DNA of 64,000 nucleotides, taken from IMG/VR virus record IMGVR_UViG_3300028569_000030, positions 1-64,000 of that record; one strand, given 5' to 3'. Positions 47,911 to 58,245 of this stretch are shown here, piece after piece; within the stretch, counting starts at the first letter, position 1, and each line of letters starts with the position of its first letter. The notes below the pieces were generated by a model. It had not been told where the DNA came from and did no database searches. It saw nothing but the letters and a program-made list of their open reading frames with translations. Both the position numbers and the translations under genes were made by a program. The stretch comes from a virus.

Positions 47911-50900
47911 TTAATGAGCGTCTTTTAAGTTAGTTCCTATAACTGCTGGAGCTTTTAGTGCGATAGATAGTCTGTAGTTGTTTTCCATAATGTCTTGAAC
48001 AATCTGTCTACATTCTTCTGCCTTAGATTTAGGAGCATCTATAACCAATTGATCGTGGATATTTAAAATAACTAATGCATCTATACTTCTTTTTTTGAAC
48101 TCTCTATTAATCTGTATTGCTGCCATATTTACTATGCTAGCAGCCAGTCCTTGTATTTGTACGTTCTTAGCGTTATTTAGCCCGTTTTTGTAATCTTTGT
48201 ACCATCCCTCAACTATCTCTGGCTCATACTTTTTCTTTAGTGCATTTTTGTATTTATAATCTAGAAGCTTATCACCATGTATCCTATACAATTCTTTAAC
48301 TGCTGGAAGATGTCGTATTCTTCCTGTTTCTATTTTTATATATCCATTGGCTTTAACAAAATACTCTGATTTTTTCATCCATTCTTTTAGCTTAGGAAAT
48401 CCATTTAAGTAACCATTGATAAGAACCTGGGCTTCTTCTGTAGTTACGTTTAGAGTTTTACCTAGAGCATACGCGCCCATTCCATACGGGACCCCAAGAC
48501 TGTAAGCTTTTGAAAACGATCTTTTTGGTTTATTTACTTTTCCTAAATAATTAGGGGCGTTTTTATCAGCACTAACATCTTTTAATTTTTCCGTGGCTAT
48601 AGCAATTGTAGAATAAAAGTCATATCCTTTTCTAAAAATATCTCGTAGCCCTTCGTCTCCAGAAACGTGAGAAAAGCAATTATGAACTCTTATGTTATCG
48701 CATATAAACTCTTCTACTCCGTCTACCGTAATATCTACCATGTCTCGCTGTTCTTTTTTATTTACTTCCAAAACTATAGCATCTGGAGATTTTAACTTTC
48801 CAATTTTTGATTTTGTAAATATTTTTTTTCTTTCACAAGCAATAAAATTGTATAACTTATAATCTACTAGCTTATTAATACTAATAGCTGTAAATCTAAT
48901 TTGGTACACTTTATGAACACCTTTGTGAGCTTTACCTATTCTGCCATCTAGTCCTAGAGTATTACCTAAACTACAAATGTCAGATGCTAATTTTGCAGAT
49001 TTAGTTGATATAGATAACTCACTCTTTTTTTGATTAAAAGTTCCGTCGGTATCTATAAGTCCCGCTAAAAAAGACAGTCTATTAGCTATACTAGATGTCA
49101 TTATATAATCTGGTATATGAAATTTTTTACTCCTATCATCCATCATATCAAAAGTTTGTTTAAATATATCCACCAACCAAGAATCATGGCATACGCAGGA
49201 CTCCATTCCATAGGTTCTACGATCCAAGTAGTCTTTTGGTTTTGCCCCAAAAGATTCCATTATTTCTTTAAATTTAGTAGTAACCATATCAGCTTTTAGT
49301 CCGCATATGCCTACATACTTAGAGGTTGTCGTACATGCAACTCCGTCTCCCAAAAAAGCACCAAGCATCCAACATAATTCTGCAGATAGTGGTAAATATG
49401 AGAACGGTTTATTTGCTCCCTTTAGATATACATTTAGTTTATTGGAATTATTTTGAATTACATTAGTGTTAAATTTACACTCTTCTAGAATGTCTCCTGC
49501 AACAATGTCCTCCGCTTTTTTCCAACCAGTTCCATTTACATAAATTTTATGGTCGGGAGAGCATCTCACTACTCCTTTTTTAGTAATTATTTCTAGCATG
49601 TCTTTTTTTGAATTCCACTTATTAACCAGTTTCTTCCAACCATGAACAGTATTAATATAGTCTCCTACTTCTACTTTAGATATTTCTAAAATTCCTTTAT
49701 CTTTTATTTCTACTTTTGAATCTATACATACACAATGAGGCTCTAAAGCTTCATAGTCATTATCTATAAACACTCGTCCTTCATCAGCTATAAAAAATTC
49801 CCTAATTACATTATTATACTTTAGAACAATCTCATCCAACTCTCCAGTTTCTTTTGGTCTAGGTAATTGTTGCAAGTTAGAAGAGTATCTACCGGAGATA
49901 GTTCTGTGTTGCTGAAAGTTAGGATAAAAGTATCCATTCTCTGATTCATCTAAAAACCTATCAATATAGGTGCCTTTTATCTTTATTAATGAATTATAGT
50001 TACTTAGGTCTCCGGCCCATTTAATGTTTAATACTTTAAACAAATGATCTATCATATCATCATTAAATTGGGCATTACCTTTATCCGTAGTACTTAGTGG
50101 CTTAATTTTCATACACTTAAATACTAAGTCTGCCATTTGTTTTTTAGAGAATATATTTATCCTATTAGTTCCATCTTTTTCGGATAATCTCTGCGCTATT
50201 TCTAGATGATGATTATGCTCTAAGTCTACGTTATTGATAAAATAGTCTCTAACTATATCAGTTTCTATAAGTAATATAGATTTTTCAGTTAGTGAGTACT
50301 TTCCATTCTTAGTTTTTGTAAGGTATTTTCCACAATCAAAGTACTCAATAACTTCCTGAGAAAAAGACCCAGATCTTGTTTGTGGGTAATCTACAATAAG
50401 ATTTTCATTTTTCCAATTTCTAACATCTTCGTTTGATTCTATAGCTGTAACTATTCTATCTTCTAGCATTGCTAGATCGCTCTCAATATTCGCTTTCGTT
50501 TTTAAAATAAGCGGTATGTCTAACTTTATTGAGTTATTTTCCATAGGAATAGTCACTTCTTTATATAGAGGCATAACTTCCTTGTCATAGAAAAATTCTT
50601 CTAGTTTATCCTTAGATAGACGATCTCTAACTAGGATAGCTAGTCTTAGCGTTAAATCAGCATCAGATGCAGCATACTTTCCCATTACTTCTAAATCAGC
50701 TTTATACATTTCATAATTTGTTTTAGTTATGCTACCGCCATTCATTTTTATATTATGCTTAAGTTCTATTTGCTCCTCATTAGCATCCGATTCTACATCT
50801 AATCCTATTTTTGATTGGTATTGCTTGGCAACTTCTTTCAAAGCAAAATTACCCTCTTCCTCTACAGTGTGTTTCATTAACATAATATCGGCAAGCAACG

Positions 50901-51249
50901 AGTCTATCAAATCAACTTTTAAATCATTTTTAACAATGCTTATATCGTAAGCAGCGTTCCACATTAACAATTCTTTTTTAGATAAAAGATGCAGAAGCTC
51001 TAATATGTCCGAATCAGGAAGAACTTGCTCTAGCTTTTCTGTTTCTTTATTCCAAGAAAATCTAGGGGCATAAAATGATTCTCCAGGACTTCCGCAAAAA
51101 GAAATACCAATAACCTGAGACTTTCTTACATTTAGTCCAGTAGTCTCTGTATCAAATCCTAAGAATAGACTTTTTTCTATGTGAAGTTTTGCTTGTGTTA
51201 ACTGTGCTTGTGTGGTGATTATAGTGTAGTTTTTATTAGTATGTGTCAT
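47911..51249 (-). CDS. polA: family A DNA polymerase (3'-5' exo + pol) with intein
   Basis: FDTETTGL, SGRYSS, DYEALEPH, YGMG, IQG.AA, IHDQ. Confidence 0.95.
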   Translation of the reverse strand: MTHTNKNYTIITTQAQLTQAKLHIEKSLFLGFDTETTGLNVRKSQVIGISFCGSPGESFYAPRFSWNKETEKLEQVLPDSDILELLHLLSKKELLMWNAAYDISIVKNDLKVDLIDSLLADIMLMKHTVEEEGNFALKEVAKQYQSKIGLDVESDANEEQIELKHNIKMNGGSITKTNYEMYKADLEVMGKYAASDADLTLRLAILVRDRLSKDKLEEFFYDKEVMPLYKEVTIPMENNSIKLDIPLILKTKANIESDLAMLEDRIVTAIESNEDVRNWKNENLIVDYPQTRSGSFSQEVIEYFDCGKYLTKTKNGKYSLTEKSILLIETDIVRDYFINNVDLEHNHHLEIAQRLSEKDGTNRINIFSKKQMADLVFKCMKIKPLSTTDKGNAQFNDDMIDHLFKVLNIKWAGDLSNYNSLIKIKGTYIDRFLDESENGYFYPNFQQHRTISGRYSSNLQQLPRPKETGELDEIVLKYNNVIREFFIADEGRVFIDNDYEALEPHCVCIDSKVEIKDKGILEISKVEVGDYINTVHGWKKLVNKWNSKKDMLEIITKKGVVRCSPDHKIYVNGTGWKKAEDIVAGDILEECKFNTNVIQNNSNKLNVYLKGANKPFSYLPLSAELCWMLGAFLGDGVACTTTSKYVGICGLKADMVTTKFKEIMESFGAKPKDYLDRRTYGMESCVCHDSWLVDIFKQTFDMMDDRSKKFHIPDYIMTSSIANRLSFLAGLIDTDGTFNQKKSELSISTKSAKLASDICSLGNTLGLDGRIGKAHKGVHKVYQIRFTAISINKLVDYKLYNFIACERKKIFTKSKIGKLKSPDAIVLEVNKKEQRDMVDITVDGVEEFICDNIRVHNCFSHVSGDEGLRDIFRKGYDFYSTIAIATEKLKDVSADKNAPNYLGKVNKPKRSFSKAYSLGVPYGMGAYALGKTLNVTTEEAQVLINGYLNGFPKLKEWMKKSEYFVKANGYIKIETGRIRHLPAVKELYRIHGDKLLDYKYKNALKKKYEPEIVEGWYKDYKNGLNNAKNVQIQGLAASIVNMAAIQINREFKKRSIDALVILNIHDQLVIDAPKSKAEECRQIVQDIMENNYRLSIALKAPAVIGTNLKDAH
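48679..49734 (-). mobile_element. LAGLIDADG intein (352 aa) in DNA polymerase
   Basis: EPH|CVCIDS...IRVHN|CFS; LGAFLGDG and FLAGLIDTDG. Confidence 0.92.
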
Positions 51250-51527
51250 TAATTTTTATGCTCCCCATATCCAATACTGTAGAAGTTTACATAACACTCT
51301 TCTAACTTTTGTCTATCTTCTGGAGAAAGCGCTTTTTTTTTCATGTATTTTTCTATTACGTCCATGATATCCAAAGGAAGTACATCTATTAACTCTTCTA
51401 GTTCTTCCATAAGAGACTCATTATCTAATCCAGAACACCCTATCGTATTATCCAATACAGATAGGGAGCTTACATAGGATTCTAACGTAGTTGTGTTATT
51501 CATAGCAAGTAGTATATGTCTAGTCAT
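51249..51527 (-). CDS. hypothetical protein
   Basis: TAATG coupling to polA. Confidence 0.6.
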   Translation of the reverse strand: MTRHILLAMNNTTTLESYVSSLSVLDNTIGCSGLDNESLMEELEELIDVLPLDIMDVIEKYMKKKALSPEDRQKLEECYVNFYSIGYGEHKN

Positions 51528-51542
51528 TATTTGCCTTCTGCC

Positions 51543-54500
51543 TTAGAATGAGCTGTCGTCTTCCATTTTTGCACGATTCTTCGAATCTCGCAAGTCTTTT
51601 AATTCCGATGCTTCAATAGCTTCTAGCGGCCTAATAGTTCCAGTTAGTCCATCCCAAGCTAAATCGCAAGAAAACAAAGCTCCACTTCTATTTTTTACAC
51701 AATCAATAGAAAAGTATCTGTCATTTTCTGGAGTTCTTGAGCTGTATCCTGGCCTATGTACAGTTAACATAGCAGTTAAAGCTTGTGCTATAGACGAACT
51801 ACCTTTAGCGGCATTATAAGACGTTATTGGCTCGTCAATAGATCCTAGAGCTTTAGACGGCTGTAACATAACAACTACGGCTTTATTAAGATTAATAGCT
51901 ATTTCTCGCAGTCCTTGAATAGCCTCCATGCTAGATTGAGTAGGGTCAGAAAATCTAGACTGTACTAGCTCTAAATAGTCAACTATGACTAATCTGATGT
52001 TAACTCCTAGCATCTTTTCTCTTTCGATAATTGTGTTCTTTATTTCTTCAATTGTTTGCCCTGTTTTAAACACAAAGCTGCACTTTTGATAATTATCTTT
52101 TAGAATAGTTCTGAACTGATCTTTCTTTTGCTCATCTCTATTTTTGAAGAATTCGTACAAAGAATTTCTATTTAGTCTAGTGTGTCTTTGTATTAATTTT
52201 TGATATACATCAAACTGGGACATATCATAACTAAAGAACATGCTATGTTCGCCCATTTTAGAGGTATTATTTATCATAGTAATAGCGGTAGAAGTATTAT
52301 GCGTTACTGTAAAGTCTCCCAATAAGTACCTATGATTTCCATCTAACTCAAACCCAAAGTAATCTCCTACTTCTAATTTTTCTACCTCTATTTCAGTTAA
52401 ATCCTGGTATCTTTGTCTGTCTTGCGCTAAGGCTTTTTTTCTACTCACTCTATTAGGTATGTCGTTTAAATTATCTCCGCTAATGTACAGTCTAAACGCT
52501 TCTGAGTACCCTTCGTACCATTTTCCCCTAGTAAAAGATTTATAGTGTTTCATTTCTCTTGATTTAGTGGCTTTAAATCCTAAACTGCGTATTAAAAACA
52601 AAACCTGATCTGTCGTTTTTTCATTAGATTGGGAAAATTCATACGTTCCTTTTTTATGGTCATAGTATCCATCAGTATCTAATAGACCAGCCAACAACTT
52701 AAGCCTGTCTTCTCTATTAGAAGTAAGATATTCGTTAGGAATATATTTTCCATTCATTAGATTTTTTTGTTTTAAAAAAGTTCTAAAAATGTTATTTTCC
52801 CCAGTTATAGAAATAGTATACACCTTATCTGATCCCGATTCATACTGCTTTAAATTAGCTTTTAGGTTTTTAGAATCTGCCCATCCTTGAATATCTTCAA
52901 TTAGCTCTACATCTTGCTTTGCTATAGTAAACTGTGGTTTACTAGTTGTGCCATCTCCTATCCATACACCTAAGATGTACGGATCTATTTCTAAATGTTT
53001 TTTAGAAAACTCTACTGGAACTTTATATCCCTTTACTCTTTTTTTAAAATCTACACCCTTATTTAAGTATTCCAATAACGGAATGTCAAAAACCTGGCCA
53101 TATTTATACTGATCTTTTGTAGCACTACTTCCTTTAAGACTTAGTATGTGGCTTTCATTAATAACGTAATCATCTCCGTTTTTTTGGTTAATTTTATACA
53201 AAGTTTCTCGTCCTCTAGCTAACGATAAAACTGTTCTAGGAGAAGAGTCATCCCCCATTAATAAATCACCAACACAAACGTCTTCTACGTTTTTTATAGT
53301 TCCATCAAACATTAAAATTTTAGTGCCTTTTCCATGGCACTTGCCCGAGCCAGGGCTCCCTAAAATTCCATATAATCTTCCTACTTGAACTTGCAATTTT
53401 TCATCTAATTGAGGTATTCCAAACTTTAGAGTGTTCTTATCAATGTCTTCCGCATACGATATAAAAGAATCAAATCCTTCGTTAATAGTAACTACTTCTT
53501 TTGAGCTGGTAGCTTTAATGGATTCTGGAATCAATATACTTAATGATTTTAGTAATGGATCATCAGCAGTTGAATAAGTCCCACCTAGCCAATTTGGCCC
53601 AAATACTTGGGATATAATATTATTATATATAAGTTCTTTCGAAAACTTATCAGATCCTGTTCTTTTTGATTGCAGCTCAGCAGCGGCTTTTAAAAAATGA
53701 TATGTGTGAGTTTCGTTAAACCCTTGATTCTTTAGTGTACTAGCCAATATCATCAATGCGTGATTTCTAATGCCACTCTCAAAATAGCCTAAAGAAATTA
53801 AGTATTTTTCAGGAGTAAAGAATTTTGGCTTTATTGACCAATCTACTTCTGATAAATCTAAGCTTAGTGGAACTTTATTTTTCATAGTCTTAACTATTGT
53901 TGGGGTTTTATTCTTTAGTTCTACAATCCGTTCTGGTAGATTTACAACTTCCCATGCGTCTTTTATATCAGAATACTCAAAAGTAGTTTTAGCTAGTTCC
54001 ATAATTCCATCTATAGTAAAGTCCGTTAGTTCTGAAATAGATAAAGGAATTTTGTATAGTCCAGACTTTTGGTGCTTAGTTAACGGTAGTCTTAGTATCC
54101 TAGTTGCATTGTATATTACAGGGTCAGCAGTAGTAAGTCCCTCAGCTAGGCTCATACAAATATTTTTTAATTGATTTGGAGTTAATTGTTGGTCTAGGAT
54201 TTCTACTGAAATATCGAATCCTTTATTCCCACTAAAAAAAATTCGTATGCTACTAGCAGGAAATCCAGAGTCTATTAGTCTGTTAACTAAAGATATTGCG
54301 TCTTTTTGAGCTAATCCTAAGTCATCTTCTGAATCAAAATCCCATACTAATTTTTTACAAACAACGTCAGTTATTCCAGCCACGCTACCTTTGTCTTTAA
54401 AAATGGCTTTATGGGAGTCGTTAAACTGATATATAGATACGTAGGCTTCCTTATCTAAAGAAATTCTGTTATATATATCAGACAAATCTCCGTCATTAAA

Positions 54501-54557
54501 TGGAACTAATGTGCCTTTATCGGCTAAACTAGTGCATAATCTAACATAATCAGTCAT
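51543..54557 (-). CDS. AEP-type primase fused to DnaB-like SF4 helicase, with intein
   Basis: WDFDSED, SGNKG, RILRLP.T.H.KSGLYK; GSPGSGK|T, VIVDYL, KNRSG; start near 54557-54560 after GGAGG. Confidence 0.9.
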   Translation of the reverse strand: MTDYVRLCTSLADKGTLVPFNDGDLSDIYNRISLDKEAYVSIYQFNDSHKAIFKDKGSVAGITDVVCKKLVWDFDSEDDLGLAQKDAISLVNRLIDSGFPASSIRIFFSGNKGFDISVEILDQQLTPNQLKNICMSLAEGLTTADPVIYNATRILRLPLTKHQKSGLYKIPLSISELTDFTIDGIMELAKTTFEYSDIKDAWEVVNLPERIVELKNKTPTIVKTMKNKVPLSLDLSEVDWSIKPKFFTPEKYLISLGYFESGIRNHALMILASTLKNQGFNETHTYHFLKAAAELQSKRTGSDKFSKELIYNNIISQVFGPNWLGGTYSTADDPLLKSLSILIPESIKATSSKEVVTINEGFDSFISYAEDIDKNTLKFGIPQLDEKLQVQVGRLYGILGSPGSGKCHGKGTKILMFDGTIKNVEDVCVGDLLMGDDSSPRTVLSLARGRETLYKINQKNGDDYVINESHILSLKGSSATKDQYKYGQVFDIPLLEYLNKGVDFKKRVKGYKVPVEFSKKHLEIDPYILGVWIGDGTTSKPQFTIAKQDVELIEDIQGWADSKNLKANLKQYESGSDKVYTISITGENNIFRTFLKQKNLMNGKYIPNEYLTSNREDRLKLLAGLLDTDGYYDHKKGTYEFSQSNEKTTDQVLFLIRSLGFKATKSREMKHYKSFTRGKWYEGYSEAFRLYISGDNLNDIPNRVSRKKALAQDRQRYQDLTEIEVEKLEVGDYFGFELDGNHRYLLGDFTVTHNTSTAITMINNTSKMGEHSMFFSYDMSQFDVYQKLIQRHTRLNRNSLYEFFKNRDEQKKDQFRTILKDNYQKCSFVFKTGQTIEEIKNTIIEREKMLGVNIRLVIVDYLELVQSRFSDPTQSSMEAIQGLREIAINLNKAVVVMLQPSKALGSIDEPITSYNAAKGSSSIAQALTAMLTVHRPGYSSRTPENDRYFSIDCVKNRSGALFSCDLAWDGLTGTIRPLEAIEASELKDLRDSKNRAKMEDDSSF
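52296..53339 (-). mobile_element. LAGLIDADG intein (348 aa) in helicase Walker A
   Basis: GSGK|CHGKGT...VTHN|TST; LGVWIGDG and LLAGLLDTDG. Confidence 0.93.
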
Positions 54558-54571
54558 CACATCATCCTCCA

Positions 54572-54602
54572 AAATAAAGGCAGGATTGAAAATCAATCCT
54601 GC
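54572..54602 (-). terminator. terminator-like hairpin upstream of primase-helicase
   Basis: GCAGGATTGA-3 nt-TCAATCCTGC followed on - strand by CTTTATTT. Confidence 0.65.
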
Positions 54603-54634
54603 TGTAGAGATTCTAGAATTAGTAAAGGGGATTA

Positions 54635-54931
54635 CTAATCTTGATTGATAGATACGTTTAGTTCGTACTTGACATAAGAGGGGAGCTTCTCAAGTCTTTC
54701 CTGGGCAGCATCTTCTGTGATGTAGCCTTTTTCCGCTAAACGCTTAATCGACTCTCTTGGGTCATCTAAATTAAGAAACTGTGTTGTTACTTTTCTAGTT
54801 CCACTTTTATCTTTTACTACAAATTCTACTGGCTCACTAAGTTTAATATAAAATTGCTTATCATTATCTTTTCTTTTTAGAACAGATCCGATTTGTCTAG
54901 TAATTGTTTTCTTTTTTGTAATCTCACTCAT
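54635..54931 (-). CDS. hypothetical protein (possible ssDNA-binding)
   Basis: beta-rich basic ORF in replication cluster; function positional. Confidence 0.5.
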   Translation of the reverse strand: MSEITKKKTITRQIGSVLKRKDNDKQFYIKLSEPVEFVVKDKSGTRKVTTQFLNLDDPRESIKRLAEKGYITEDAAQERLEKLPSYVKYELNVSINQD

Positions 54932-55256
54932 TTGCGCTCTCCTTGTTTTGGGCTTCTGAATCAGAAGCTTTTAGTAATGATATTATTGTATCTAGTGCTA
55001 CTATTTCTGTGTAGGTCTGCATATATACCATTCCTGCCGCAACAGCTAGTTTTTCATCTTCTTTTTCAATAAGCTCAGAAGTTGGAAATGGATAATCTAA
55101 AACAGCTCTAATTACTCTATCTTTTCTTCCGTCCATTTTAATCTTCTTTAGCAGATTAACGTAGTTCTTGCTAGACTCATCGCTAACCTTTTTTAATTTT
55201 GCATAGGAATCATATAGCTTATCTAACTCTTCTTTGGTATTGTTAGTTTGTTCCAT
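54924..55256 (-). CDS. hypothetical protein
   Basis: ORF packing. Confidence 0.6.
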   Translation of the reverse strand: MEQTNNTKEELDKLYDSYAKLKKVSDESSKNYVNLLKKIKMDGRKDRVIRAVLDYPFPTSELIEKEDEKLAVAAGMVYMQTYTEIVALDTIISLLKASDSEAQNKESANE

Positions 55257-55772
55257 TTAAAAATCCTCTTCTTTACTAGCCACAACTACTGCCGGTCTTC
55301 TAAAAGAAGAGGACGCCGGAGCTTTTGCTGCTGGTTGGTCTTGTTTTGTAGCTGTTACTTTTTCTGGAATTGTATTTCTCCCTACTGCCGTTTCTCCATC
55401 ATTATCAGTATCACCTAGGTTAACAAGGGCTTGTAGTCCATATCTTCTAGCATATGTAATACCTCCACCTTGCTGCTGAGCATCGTTTTCTTTTGCAGTT
55501 AGTATCTCAGTTAGGCTAGAAATAAACTCTCCAGATTCGTGTAATAATAGAGTTTGTACGTATTTTTTCCCATCAACTACAACTGTTGGTTGAACAGCAG
55601 ATATTCCGTATTTATTTAGAGCAGGAAGACACGCTTCTCTAACTGAATTTAGATTAGCGTACGTATTTTTAAAAAATGGATTCCTAGCATCCTTTACTGC
55701 GTTACTCATTTCTGATTGCGCTTTTACTAGGGCTGAGGCTACTTTAGCAATAGTATCACTTGTTAATTTCAT
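55257..55772 (-). CDS. erf: ERF-family ssDNA annealing protein
   Basis: KDARNPFFKNTYA, LLHESGE, QQQGGGITYARRYGL...DNDG. Confidence 0.92.
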   Translation of the reverse strand: MKLTSDTIAKVASALVKAQSEMSNAVKDARNPFFKNTYANLNSVREACLPALNKYGISAVQPTVVVDGKKYVQTLLLHESGEFISSLTEILTAKENDAQQQGGGITYARRYGLQALVNLGDTDNDGETAVGRNTIPEKVTATKQDQPAAKAPASSSFRRPAVVVASKEEDF

Positions 55773-56254
55773 ACAATCTCCTTATTAAGTTTAGAAGCAA
55801 TTTCTAGTAGTCCTTTGAGTGCTTCATTTTGAGCTTTATTTGCATCTAAATTAACGACATTAAAAGATACCTTACTTAGTGTAGTAAGCTTTCCATTAAT
55901 AAGATCAAATAACTCTAATTTTCCAACTACAATAAAGCTATCGTCTTTTTGTGGAAATGGTTGAGAGATTGCAAAATCATAACCAACTCCCTTTTTAGAT
56001 AAACTAGATAGTATACTGTTGTCTAGTAGTTTAGTTATTTCTGAAACAGAAGTGTCTATTGCCTTTTGGATATCGTCATTTATTCCTCCAACTAGCAATT
56101 TAATCTTTGGAAGAAGTTTTCCTTCTGAGTCTAATGCCAATCCCTCTAATTTAAACTGGACTAAAAACTCTCCGCTAACCAGTTCTTGAGGAGAACTCAT
56201 TGCTAGATCTGCTCTAAGTTCTAAAGATTTTAATCTGTCTAAAATACTAATCAT
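55769..56254 (-). CDS. hypothetical protein
   Basis: ATGA couplings. Confidence 0.6.
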   Translation of the reverse strand: MISILDRLKSLELRADLAMSSPQELVSGEFLVQFKLEGLALDSEGKLLPKIKLLVGGINDDIQKAIDTSVSEITKLLDNSILSSLSKKGVGYDFAISQPFPQKDDSFIVVGKLELFDLINGKLTTLSKVSFNVVNLDANKAQNEALKGLLEIASKLNKEIV

Positions 56255-56583
56255 GTTAAACTCCTAAGTTGATCAATCACTGATTGACCTAATGTTGTTT
56301 CTAATGCAAGTCTTGCCATATGCCCTAATCTTCCTTTGTTTTCTACTTTAACTACCTTAGCTGCCAAAGTCTCGGGATTATATTTTATCTCTACGTAACT
56401 ATGTTGCAAGTCTTTATCGATATAAAGAGCTACTCCAATGTGAGTTAAATCGTTTTCACTGGGATTATTTTGCTTCGCTGTGTTTTTAGCTTCGAGCAAT
56501 TCCATTTTCATATCCTGAATTAATTTAATTAACTCAGCTTTTGTAGCACTTTCAAAATTAGCAACTTTTGATACAATACTCAT
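56251..56583 (-). CDS. hypothetical protein
   Basis: ATGA couplings. Confidence 0.6.
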   Translation of the reverse strand: MSIVSKVANFESATKAELIKLIQDMKMELLEAKNTAKQNNPSENDLTHIGVALYIDKDLQHSYVEIKYNPETLAAKVVKVENKGRLGHMARLALETTLGQSVIDQLRSLT

Positions 56584-57581
56584 TTGCGTTCTCCTAGTTT
56601 AACTAAACCATCCATAGATCCTTCTTTACATATTCCGAAGAAGGGGCATTTCTTACCAAAGAAATTATAGCATTTTTTATGGTTCTTTTCAAAAATACCT
56701 TTTTTTATTATATCTAAGTCTCTTTGATAGTCAAGGAATATTTTTTCCATTAATTCATTAGTAAGCTTACCTTTTAGTATTTGAGTCCTAACTCTAGGTT
56801 CATTTTTTCTTATCTTTTTTTCTAATACCAAATAAGCAACGTATGGATTTTGTTTATATTCTGAGTATGTAGCTAATTGTTTTGAGTTGTAAAGATCAGA
56901 TTCTTTATATGGAGTTGAGCTTGTTTTATTGTCGCATATATAAATAATATCGTCGTCTTTAAATTTAATAATAGCGTCTATAACTCCAACTAAAATATCA
57001 CCACTATCATTTACCAGCTCAACTTTTTCTTGGACACTTACCACATAATCTATTGTTGGAAGTATGTCTTCTCTGTATGCAGATAATAACATTAGTCCTT
57101 TTCTGTATAAACACATCCAGCCTATTTTAGAAAATAACCTAATTTCATTTTCTTCTAACTCGCCTTTGTAATAGTGGCAAGATTGAACGAAATCACCTAT
57201 TTCTGAGGATATTTCTTTTGAAAGTTCGGCTATATCATCCTCAGTCAATAAATCTAGATCAAAATCACCTTTTGAATAAGTTATAAGAGTTAGTCCCTTT
57301 CCTTCGTGTTTTACGTCATTTATTTCTATAGTAGACATTGATTCTAAAAATACTTGTTCTGGTGTTTTGTTTGTGAGAATTGGCGATAAGAGCTTTTCTT
57401 CTAGCATAGTGTTGAGAGCATTATCTATTGCTGATCCGAATATTAAAGCAGATCCAGTAGTTTCTGGGCGTATTCTATCTACATATTGGAATTTGTAATA
57501 TTGTTGACAGTCGGATAGTGCGTTTGTAGAACTATTTGAAACTCTAATTGGAGCTTTCTTAGTATCTCCAGGATTTTGCAT
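56580..57581 (-). CDS. PD-(D/E)XK (RecB/Cas4-like) exonuclease
   Basis: S.S...DCQ, GVIDA, ICDNKT, QLATY, C-terminal C...C....C. Confidence 0.85.
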   Translation of the reverse strand: MQNPGDTKKAPIRVSNSSTNALSDCQQYYKFQYVDRIRPETTGSALIFGSAIDNALNTMLEEKLLSPILTNKTPEQVFLESMSTIEINDVKHEGKGLTLITYSKGDFDLDLLTEDDIAELSKEISSEIGDFVQSCHYYKGELEENEIRLFSKIGWMCLYRKGLMLLSAYREDILPTIDYVVSVQEKVELVNDSGDILVGVIDAIIKFKDDDIIYICDNKTSSTPYKESDLYNSKQLATYSEYKQNPYVAYLVLEKKIRKNEPRVRTQILKGKLTNELMEKIFLDYQRDLDIIKKGIFEKNHKKCYNFFGKKCPFFGICKEGSMDGLVKLGERK

Positions 57582-57873
57582 AGATGGTTCCTAATTGTTT
57601 ATACCACTGTCTTTCTTCTTCAACTGAAATAGTTCTATGTACTTTCTTTTTTGGAAACTTTACTCGATTTTCTTCTTCATTTATAAAAACTATTCTTTCA
57701 GTGTACTCGTCTTTATCGTACACTACTTCTCCTATTTCCACAACAGAAAGTGGATCAACTCCCTTAAAAAAAGTTCTAGAAACTTTAAACAGCTCTTTAA
57801 ATTCTGCTATAGTGCCTTTTTCCAAGTTATCGAATATTAGTACTAGCTCAGCATGTGTGCGTTTCTTTATCAC
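57559..57873 (-). CDS. hypothetical protein
   Basis: GTG start after AAGGA. Confidence 0.55.
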   Translation of the reverse strand: MIKKRTHAELVLIFDNLEKGTIAEFKELFKVSRTFFKGVDPLSVVEIGEVVYDKDEYTERIVFINEEENRVKFPKKKVHRTISVEEERQWYKQLGTIYAKSWRY

Positions 57874-57874
57874 G

Positions 57875-58027
57875 TTATTTCCTTAATTTAGACATTACAA
57901 TTTTAACAAAGCAAGCAAACCCCAAGCCAAAGAACAAAGTTGCATAATATGGATTTTGATAATAGTTAGCTATCCAACCAGCAATTAAAAATACCCAAGC
58001 AAATATCCTAACTTTAAATAGTTCCAT
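57875..58027 (-). CDS. unannotated 50-aa two-TM membrane protein
   Basis: MELFKVRIFAWVFLIAGWIANYYQNPYYATLFFGLGFACFVKIVMSKLRK; TAATG coupling, fills gap exactly. Confidence 0.65.
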   Translation of the reverse strand: MELFKVRIFAWVFLIAGWIANYYQNPYYATLFFGLGFACFVKIVMSKLRK

Positions 58028-58245
58028 TAGTTTCTTCCTTTAGCTGGAGAGCATACAACAGCATATTCTCTATCTGCCCTTTTATAGAACGTACTTAAAC
58101 AAGGAGTATCTGTGTATCTAGGATCTGTTGAGCAGACTTTAGCCGCTCTTTTTAGGATTACTTCGTCTTGATGTGTCCATGGAACAGATGATTGGTCAAT
58201 TATTTTAACTTTAGCGCATGTTATAAACAGGATAAAAGTTATCAT
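58027..58245 (-). CDS. small exported/Cys-rich protein
   Basis: hydrophobic N-terminus, 4 Cys. Confidence 0.55.
   Translation of the reverse strand: MITFILFITCAKVKIIDQSSVPWTHQDEVILKRAAKVCSTDPRYTDTPCLSTFYKRADREYAVVCSPAKGRN

Noticed and set aside
56580-57581. Cas4 as part of a CRISPR system
   Set aside because: No array or other cas genes; context with ERF indicates a recombination exonuclease
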